Both the position numbers and the translations under genes were made by a program. A stretch of DNA of 64,000 nt, from contig JAVJQW010000008.1 of NCBI GenBank assembly GCA_040218735.1, forward strand, positions 416,001 to 480,000, read 5' to 3'. The notes below the pieces were generated by a model. It was given only the letters and a program-made list of their open reading frames with translations. It was not told where the DNA came from and searched no databases. The stretch comes from Deltaproteobacteria bacterium. GTDB taxonomy: Bacteria > Myxococcota > Kuafuiibacteriia > Kuafuiibacteriales > Kuafuiibacteriaceae. Below are positions 57,684 through 64,000 of this stretch, one piece after another (the first letter of the stretch is position 1; every line of letters begins with the position of its first letter).

Positions 57684-58858
57684 TGCGCGCCCTGAAGATC
57701 GCGATCCTCTCCAGAGAGCCCGACAACTACAGCTCGCGTCGCCTGAAGGAAGCCTGCAAGGCGCGCGGCCACAAGGTCCGGATCCTGTCGTCGACGAGTC
57801 TGTCGATGATGGTCGAAGAGGAGCGCCCGCAGCTGTTCTACAAGGACAAGGCGCTCGCGGACTACGACGCCATCATCCCGCGCATCGGCGCGTCGGTGAC
57901 GTTCTACGGGACCGCCGTCGTGCGGCAGTTCGAGCAGATGGGGGTCTTCTCGCTCAACAGCTCGAACGCGATCCTCGTGTCGCGCGACAAGCTGCGCTCG
58001 CTACAGATGCTGAGCAACCACGCGATCGGCATCCCGCCGACCGCGTTCGTTCGGGAGAAGGTCGACGTCCTCCCAGCCATCGCGCGGCTCGGCGGCGCGC
58101 CGGTGATCATCAAGCTGCTCGAAGGGACGCAGGGGGTCGGCGTGATCCTCGCGGACTCGCTGAAGGTCGCGGAGGCGATCGTCGAGACGCTGCAGAGCGC
58201 CAAGCAGAACGTGCTGCTCCAGAAGTTCGTGAAGGAGAGCCGCGGCCGCGACGTCCGCGCGTTCGTCGTCGGCGATCGCGTTGTCGCGGCGATGCGCCGG
58301 GTCGCGAAGGACGGTGAGTTCCGGAGTAACGTGCACCGCGGCGGGACCGCGACGCGGATCGAGCTTCCGCCCAAGTACGAACGCACCGCGATCCGCGCGG
58401 CGCAGATCATGGGTCTCAACGTCGCGGGTGTGGACATGCTCGAGGCGGCGAGCGGGCCTCAGGTCATGGAGATCAACTCGTCGCCGGGCCTCGAGGGCAT
58501 CGAGGGCGCGACGGGCCTCGACATCGCGAACATGATCATCGAGCACATCGAGGACAAGGTGCTGCTCCCCGAAGTCGATCTGAAGTTCAGGTTGAAGCTC
58601 GACGAAGGGTTCGGCGTCGCCGAGGTCCCGGTCCAGGAGAAGGGCACGTTCGACGGCCGATGCCTGGAGCAGTCGGGCCTCGAGGAGCAGCAGGTCCGCG
58701 TCCTCAGCATCCGACGCGGCGCGGACTCCACCATCCCCAGCCCCCACGGCTCCACCCAGATGCTCGCGGGCGACGTCCTCCTCTGCTACGGCCCGCGCAC
58801 CGCGTTGAAGGGGCTGATCCCGCCTCCCCCGTCGAAGAAGCGCCGCAACCGCCGCTGA
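57683..58858 (+). CDS. rimK: RimK alpha-L-glutamate ligase with C-terminal TrkA-C (RCK_C) domain
   Basis: IIPRIGAS, SRDKLRSLQ, KLLEGTQGVGV, FRSNVHRGG, EINSSPGLEGIE; tail 'VLSIRRG..IPSPHGSTQMLAGDVLLCYG'. Confidence 0.93.
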   Translation: MRALKIAILSREPDNYSSRRLKEACKARGHKVRILSSTSLSMMVEEERPQLFYKDKALADYDAIIPRIGASVTFYGTAVVRQFEQMGVFSLNSSNAILVSRDKLRSLQMLSNHAIGIPPTAFVREKVDVLPAIARLGGAPVIIKLLEGTQGVGVILADSLKVAEAIVETLQSAKQNVLLQKFVKESRGRDVRAFVVGDRVVAAMRRVAKDGEFRSNVHRGGTATRIELPPKYERTAIRAAQIMGLNVAGVDMLEAASGPQVMEINSSPGLEGIEGATGLDIANMIIEHIEDKVLLPEVDLKFRLKLDEGFGVAEVPVQEKGTFDGRCLEQSGLEEQQVRVLSIRRGADSTIPSPHGSTQMLAGDVLLCYGPRTALKGLIPPPPSKKRRNRR

Positions 58859-58924
58859 TCCAGCTCGAAACACTCCCGGCGTCTCGGTATCGAACGGCGT
58901 ACTCCGCCGCCGAATGCTGGATAC

Positions 58925-59467
58925 ATGCGAATCTGGTTCGGCCTCTCTCTCCTCGTCGGGTCCCTACTCGCGCCCCTCGTCGCGTCCGCGCAGGACACCG
59001 ACAGCGCCTCCGTGCAGGTGGACGCGACCGTCGTCGCCGCGATGTCGGTGACCGAGATGAACTCGCCGATCGACCTCGGCCAGCTGTTCCAGAGCTCCGC
59101 TGACGACGTCGCCGCCGACGGTTCGTCCAGTCCGTTCTCGACCGCCGCGCGCTTCGACATCACTGGCGCGAGCGCGCTGTCGTGGCGACTCACCGTGGTC
59201 TACGCCGACCTCACCGGCCCCGGCGCCGAAGTCATCACGATCACCAACCCCGCCGCGAACGACATCTGTTTCAACACGACGCAGGGCAGTCAGTCCCCGT
59301 GCACGCAGACCGGCGACTCCCCCCTCACCGTCACCGCGGGCAACCACGGCGGTGACGGCACGGCGTGGGTCGGCTTCTCGTTCTCGGTGCCGGCCAACGC
59401 GACGGCCGGCGCGTACTCGAACGCCGCCGCGGTTCAGCTCACCGCCGACGCGCTCCTGGGGACCTGA
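58925..59467 (+). CDS. Putative chaperone-usher major pilin (DUF4402/spore-coat-U-like)
   Basis: Signal peptide ASA-Q; alternating N-terminal strand ASVQVDATVV; IDLG; C-terminal PANATAGAYS. Confidence 0.7.
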   Translation: MRIWFGLSLLVGSLLAPLVASAQDTDSASVQVDATVVAAMSVTEMNSPIDLGQLFQSSADDVAADGSSSPFSTAARFDITGASALSWRLTVVYADLTGPGAEVITITNPAANDICFNTTQGSQSPCTQTGDSPLTVTAGNHGGDGTAWVGFSFSVPANATAGAYSNAAAVQLTADALLGT

Positions 59468-60294
59468 TGATGAAGCTCTGGTTCGTCGCTGCCGTCACCC
59501 TCGTCAGCACCAACGCGTGGGCGCTCGACATCGCCCCGCAGGTCCTGATCATCGACGCCAAGGATCGCTCCGGCGCGCTCCTGCTGCGCAACGGCGCGGA
59601 GGCGATGGTCGAGGTCCAGGTCGACGTCCGCTTCGGCTTCGAAGTCGCCGACGCGGACGGCAACGTCCAGGCGCACTACCCCGCGCAGCCTACGGACGAT
59701 CATCGCTCAGCGGCGCCGTTCCTCCGCGTCTATCCCCGCCGCGCGCGCCTCGCGCCCGGTGAGGAGCGCGTGGTGCGCATCCTCGCGCGAACGCCGAGTG
59801 ACCTCCCGCAGGGGGAGTACTGGGCGCGCGCGTCGATCCGCGCGGTGCCGGTGATGCCGCCGAGCGTCGAGCCTTCGGACCGCGTGCGTCTCCAGGTCGG
59901 CGTGACGACGGAGCAGCGCATCCCGGTCTTCGTCCGCCACGGTCGCGCCGCCGCGACGGCGCACATCCAGGACGTGTCATGGGAGGTCGAGAAGCGGCAC
60001 GGTCGTGACTTCCTCGTCGCGCGTTACTTCGTGGGTCTGGAGGGGAGCGGCGCGTTCCTCGGAACCGTGCACGCACGGGTGAAGCGCGCGGACGGTGAGC
60101 TCGTCGGCCTCCGCGACAAGAACCTCGCCGTGTTCGAGTCGGGTTGGCGTCGCGTGGAGATTCCGCTGGAGAGCCTGCCCGGCAGGGGTGCGCGCCTCGA
60201 GCTGTCGACGGAGCGACGGCACCCTGCGATCACCAACGACGATCTCCTCCCGGGCGGGGTCACGAGATGGTCCGCTGCGCTCGCCTCGCGTTAG
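59467..60294 (+). CDS. Putative periplasmic pilus chaperone
   Basis: AWA-LDIAPQVLIID...LLLRN; VYPRRARLAPGEERVVRI; LPQGEYW; IPVFVR. Confidence 0.78.
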   Translation: MMKLWFVAAVTLVSTNAWALDIAPQVLIIDAKDRSGALLLRNGAEAMVEVQVDVRFGFEVADADGNVQAHYPAQPTDDHRSAAPFLRVYPRRARLAPGEERVVRILARTPSDLPQGEYWARASIRAVPVMPPSVEPSDRVRLQVGVTTEQRIPVFVRHGRAAATAHIQDVSWEVEKRHGRDFLVARYFVGLEGSGAFLGTVHARVKRADGELVGLRDKNLAVFESGWRRVEIPLESLPGRGARLELSTERRHPAITNDDLLPGGVTRWSAALASR

Positions 60295-61190
60295 TCGCGT
60301 TTGTGTTTCCGACGACCGCGTACGGCGCGGTGACCGTCGAGCAGAACCTCGACCTCACGATCGTACCCACCGGCACCACGCGAACGGTGCTCCCCACCGA
60401 CAGCACCGCGGCGAGGTACCGGCTCACGCTCGACGGCGTTCGCTGTGACAGCGGCCCGGCGACGATCACGTTCAGCGCGCTACCGTCTCAGCTCGACGAC
60501 GGCGGCGCGGCGACGTTGCCGCTGACCTACGGCGCCGCCTCCGCGCGCATCGAGGAGGAGGCGAACAGCGGGAACAACGCCACGTTCGATCCCACCGTCG
60601 GGACGACGTGGGCCTACGCCGCGTTCCCGGCGATCGTGACGCTCGGTGCATCGACCACGGCCGGCGCTTCACAGACCGTCGCGTCCTACGCCGCATCGCC
60701 GGTCACGATCGAGCTCGACTACGAGAGACTCATCGTCGTCTGCGTCCCGCACAACGACGACGCCGACGCGACCATGGCCGCCGAGGTGCAACCGGGCCTC
60801 GACGTCGCCGCGACCAACGGACCCCTCGACCTCGGGATGTTGTTCCAGGGCGAGACCGTCGTCGTGCCCGCCGACGACAGCGGCTCGGTCAGCTCCGCGC
60901 AGTTCGCCGCGTCCGGCCCCAGCGGTTTGAACTGGCAGCTCACCGTCACCACGTCGGACCTGCAACACGCGTCGCTCCCCGACACCCTCACCCTCACGTT
61001 CACGTCGGGCCTCTACGGCACGGTGTCGCCGCCCGCGACGTCGTTCTCGGATGGCGCGATCGTCAGCTCGGGAACCCACGGCGGCGCGCTCGACATCTGG
61101 CTCGGGTACCAGGTCGTGGTCCCGGCGAACGCCGCCGAGGGGGCCTACAGCGGATCGATCACGTTGACGGTCGACGCGCTCCTGGAGTGA
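60267..61190 (+). CDS. Putative two-domain tip adhesin/minor pilin
   Basis: Signal peptide; C-terminal domain paralogous to the 58925 pilin (PLDLGMLFQ; VPANAAEGAYSG..LTVDALL). Confidence 0.7.
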   Translation: MVRCARLALVAFVFPTTAYGAVTVEQNLDLTIVPTGTTRTVLPTDSTAARYRLTLDGVRCDSGPATITFSALPSQLDDGGAATLPLTYGAASARIEEEANSGNNATFDPTVGTTWAYAAFPAIVTLGASTTAGASQTVASYAASPVTIELDYERLIVVCVPHNDDADATMAAEVQPGLDVAATNGPLDLGMLFQGETVVVPADDSGSVSSAQFAASGPSGLNWQLTVTTSDLQHASLPDTLTLTFTSGLYGTVSPPATSFSDGAIVSSGTHGGALDIWLGYQVVVPANAAEGAYSGSITLTVDALLE

Positions 61191-61193
61191 GCC

Positions 61194-63692
61194 GTGCTGT
61201 CGCTCCTCCTGTTCGCGGTCGCGGCGGTCCCCGAGCCCGAGCCGATGCTCGTGGAGCTCGTGGTCGAACGTCTGCATCGCGAAGTGCTGGAGGTCCCGCA
61301 GCTCGACGGTCGGCCGGGCGTTCCGGTGCGGCACCTGCTCTCGATCCTCGGTATCGAGCACCACTCGGACGGTGACGCGGTCGTCGGGCACTGGGCGGGG
61401 CGCGAACGCCCGTTTTCGATCTCCGCCGCGGCGATCGAGCTGCACGACCGGACGATCCCGCTCACCTCCGCCGACGTCGCCTCCGCCGACGGGATGTTGT
61501 TCCTCGCCCCCGCGGTGTGGACCGAGGCCTTCGCGCTCGACCACCGCTACGACCCGCGACGCCTCCGCGTGTCGTTCGCGCCCGGCGCCGACGTGCCCGC
61601 GGTGTCACGACGTCTCCTCGCGAGCGCGCGCGCGACGGAGGACACGTCGACCTCGCTGCACCTCGACCGTGTCCCGCGCGCGATGCTCGGCGGCCACGTC
61701 CTCGACTGGGAGCTGTGGAGCGCAAACGTGCTCACGCCGGACCGCTACGCCGACGCGCAGTTCCGTCTGTTCTACGGCGGCGAGCTGCTCGGCGGTGCGC
61801 TCTCGCTCGCGCCGTACGGGACCTTCGCGCAGCCCTGGAACCCGGCGCGGAGCCGCGCGGTGTGGTCGTTCAACATCGACCAGCCGGCGCTGCAGCGGAT
61901 CGACTTCGGCACCATCGGCGGCCCGGGGCCCTGGTCGCGTCCGATGCTCGGCGCGCGCATCACGAACCGCCCGCGCGAGCGAGGGCTCGGGTTCGACGAG
62001 CTCGGGCGGATCGTCACCGCGCCCCCCAACACGTTCGTTCGCGTGTGGAGCGACGGTCGGCTCGTCGACGCGGGTGAGACCGACGGCCTCGGTCGCCGCC
62101 GGGTTCAGCTCCCGACGAACTACGGCTCGAACCTCCTGCGCGTCGAGTACATCGATCGCTACGGCGCGCTCGTCTCGGAGGAGGCGTTGCTCCGCGTCCC
62201 GGCGGCGGCGCTCGCGCAGGGCCGCGCGGAGTACGACGTGGGCTTCGGGCTGGACCGCAACGTCGCGGACCGGATCGTCGGGGGTGTGGAGGGGGCGTTT
62301 GGTCTCCTGCCGAGCCTCACGCTGCGCGGCGGCGCGGACATCTTCGTCGACGCGGGCGCGCCGCGGACCTACGCCTACGCGCGCGCGATCGTCACGCCGC
62401 TCGACATCCTCACCGTCGAGCTCACTGCGGCGCCCGGGACGGGGTACCTCTCGAACGTCGCGCTGCGCACCGCGGACGGGTGGCTGCTCACGGCGTCGCA
62501 CGACGAGTACGCGGCGGACGCCGCACGGCTGCCGAACCTGTTGCGGCGGCGTTCGAGCCTGGCGACGTCGTATCCACTCACGCGGTTCGGGCTGCCCGTC
62601 GCGCTGCGCGCTTCGGCGCGCGAGACGACGCTGACCACCGGCGTCCGCTCCTCGGAGGCGACGGCGGGGGCGGCGATTCGCTTCGACACCTCCACGCTCA
62701 TGCTCGACTACGACTGGCGCGGGGATCTGTTGGGCGGCCTCACCGATCGCACCGCGGTGCGTGCGCGCTACGTGGCGCCGGTGCCCTTCGTCGGCGGCGC
62801 GGCGTCGATGGGCGCGGCGTGGGATCTGTTGGACCACCACGTCGACGAGGTCCGGGTGGCGTACACCCGATCGCTGTACGGCGCGTGGCCGCTGCGGTTG
62901 CGTCTGTCGTACGCGATGCTGGAGGTCGGGCCGGGCGAGCGCGCGCACGAGGCGAACGTGACGTTCGGTTTCTCCTGGGACGCCGCGCTCACGGAGGCTC
63001 GCAGCTACGCGCGCAGCGGTGGAGATCCGACGGTGCACCTGCGCGCGGCGGGGAGCCTCACGTTCGAGGACGACGGCGTGGTCGCGTCGTGGCGTCCGCA
63101 GGCCGAGCGCGGGCGCGCCGAGCTGCGGTTCGTCGGCGCGCCGTCCGACGCAGCCGGGCGGGTCGTGACGATCGGCGGACGGCGGTACCGCGCCGACGAC
63201 GACGGCAAGGTCTTCGTCCCGTCGCTGATCCGCGGGCGCACCTACGCGATCGACGCGCGCGATCCCGGTATCGCCGCACCGAACGTCGTCCCGCTCGTCC
63301 CCGAACAGGCCTTCGTCGCGCGCGCGCACCGTAAACACGTGGTCGAGATCCCGCTCGTCGCGACCGGGGAGATCGAGGGGCGCGTGTTCATGCGGCGCGC
63401 GGACGGGACGGAGCGTGGCGTCGGCCGGATTCGCATGAAGCTCCTCGACCCGGACGGCAACGTGGTCCGCAGCGGTTGGACCTACGACGACGGCGCGATC
63501 TACCTCTTCGGCGTCCCGCCGGGGCGCTACCGCGTGCGGCTCGAAGAGGATCAGCTGCGCCGCCTCGGGATGCGCGCGTTCCCGCGGGAGCGCCGCGTCG
63601 AGATCCCCGCGACGCAGGACGGCGTGGTGATCGGCGACGTCGGCTTTCAGCTCTCGCCGCTGCCGTTCTACCTGACGGAGGCCGCGCCTTGA
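61194..63692 (+). CDS. Putative divergent outer-membrane usher
   Basis: 832 aa; amphipathic beta strands; plug-like 'V...GRLVD...LPTNYGSN.LRVE..DRYG'; C-terminal Cna-B/SdrD-like (GEIEG..DG..Y..VPPGRY). Confidence 0.68.
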   Translation: MLSLLLFAVAAVPEPEPMLVELVVERLHREVLEVPQLDGRPGVPVRHLLSILGIEHHSDGDAVVGHWAGRERPFSISAAAIELHDRTIPLTSADVASADGMLFLAPAVWTEAFALDHRYDPRRLRVSFAPGADVPAVSRRLLASARATEDTSTSLHLDRVPRAMLGGHVLDWELWSANVLTPDRYADAQFRLFYGGELLGGALSLAPYGTFAQPWNPARSRAVWSFNIDQPALQRIDFGTIGGPGPWSRPMLGARITNRPRERGLGFDELGRIVTAPPNTFVRVWSDGRLVDAGETDGLGRRRVQLPTNYGSNLLRVEYIDRYGALVSEEALLRVPAAALAQGRAEYDVGFGLDRNVADRIVGGVEGAFGLLPSLTLRGGADIFVDAGAPRTYAYARAIVTPLDILTVELTAAPGTGYLSNVALRTADGWLLTASHDEYAADAARLPNLLRRRSSLATSYPLTRFGLPVALRASARETTLTTGVRSSEATAGAAIRFDTSTLMLDYDWRGDLLGGLTDRTAVRARYVAPVPFVGGAASMGAAWDLLDHHVDEVRVAYTRSLYGAWPLRLRLSYAMLEVGPGERAHEANVTFGFSWDAALTEARSYARSGGDPTVHLRAAGSLTFEDDGVVASWRPQAERGRAELRFVGAPSDAAGRVVTIGGRRYRADDDGKVFVPSLIRGRTYAIDARDPGIAAPNVVPLVPEQAFVARAHRKHVVEIPLVATGEIEGRVFMRRADGTERGVGRIRMKLLDPDGNVVRSGWTYDDGAIYLFGVPPGRYRVRLEEDQLRRLGMRAFPRERRVEIPATQDGVVIGDVGFQLSPLPFYLTEAAP

Positions 63693-64000
63693 GACGCGCC
63701 GCGTTGCTGCTCTTGCTCCTCACGGCCTGCGGCGGATCCGGCGCGGCGCCCTACGATCCCTCCGGCGTGTGGCACGGGGTGCTCCGCACGAACGGGGTCG
63801 AGGACTCCACGTTCACGCTCGAGCTCGCGCCCTCGCGTGAGCGAGGCAGCGGCGTCTGGCGCTTCGACACCAATAACGGCGAGGGCGACGTCGACGTCGT
63901 CGTCGCGAACACTCGTCGCGTGCAGCTGAGGCTCTACTCCGCGATCGGGTGCCGCGCCGAGATCACGATCGAGGCGATCGTCGCGGACGAGGCGAGCTGG
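63689..64000 (+). CDS. Hypothetical lipoprotein, 3'-truncated by the window edge
   Basis: TTG overlaps the usher stop; LRRAALLLLLLTAC lipobox; frame open to the end of the window. Confidence 0.65.
   Translation, partial: MRRAALLLLLLTACGGSGAAPYDPSGVWHGVLRTNGVEDSTFTLELAPSRERGSGVWRFDTNNGEGDVDVVVANTRRVQLRLYSAIGCRAEITIEAIVADEASW

Noticed and set aside
1-64000. tRNA, rRNA, IS elements or integrases
   Set aside because: No cloverleaf, rRNA-like segment, transposase or recombinase motif seen; small ncRNAs cannot be excluded without a covariance-model search.

Overview
High-GC (roughly 70% by eye), gene-dense chromosomal segment. Gene content points to Myxococcota: Myxococcus-type Cys-rich repeats, several Ser/Thr kinase-PEGA/TPR-lipoprotein cassettes, a membrane ferritin-like protein and a split RdgC pair. 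About 60 CDS. Housekeeping or recognisable genes are a GH57 branching enzyme, prfC, an NfeD-SPFH-SPFH operon, dCMP deaminase, a divergent polA, ppk2, fumC, a DUF3526-type ABC transporter and an AstE-RimB-RimK operon. No rRNA, tRNA, CRISPR, integrase or transposase was seen. The most notable observations are: (1) a sigma54-driven lipoprotein fusing a complete 7-blade integrin-alpha-like FG-GAP propeller to an S11 D-Ala-D-Ala carboxypeptidase; (2) a recurring leaderless promoter layout (TAnnnT + exactly 7 nt + start codon, plus two near-leaderless sigma54 promoters); (3) an orphan-sensor sigma54 activator divergent from a DUF697-SHOCT gene; (4) an atypical chaperone-usher pilus operon; (5) a Lys/Cys/His-free, N/Q/Y-rich prion-like protein; (6) two duplicated gene 3' ends, one enclosing a collagen-like 9-bp repeat ORF coupled between two ABC permeases. 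All family assignments come from motifs read by eye, not from database searches.
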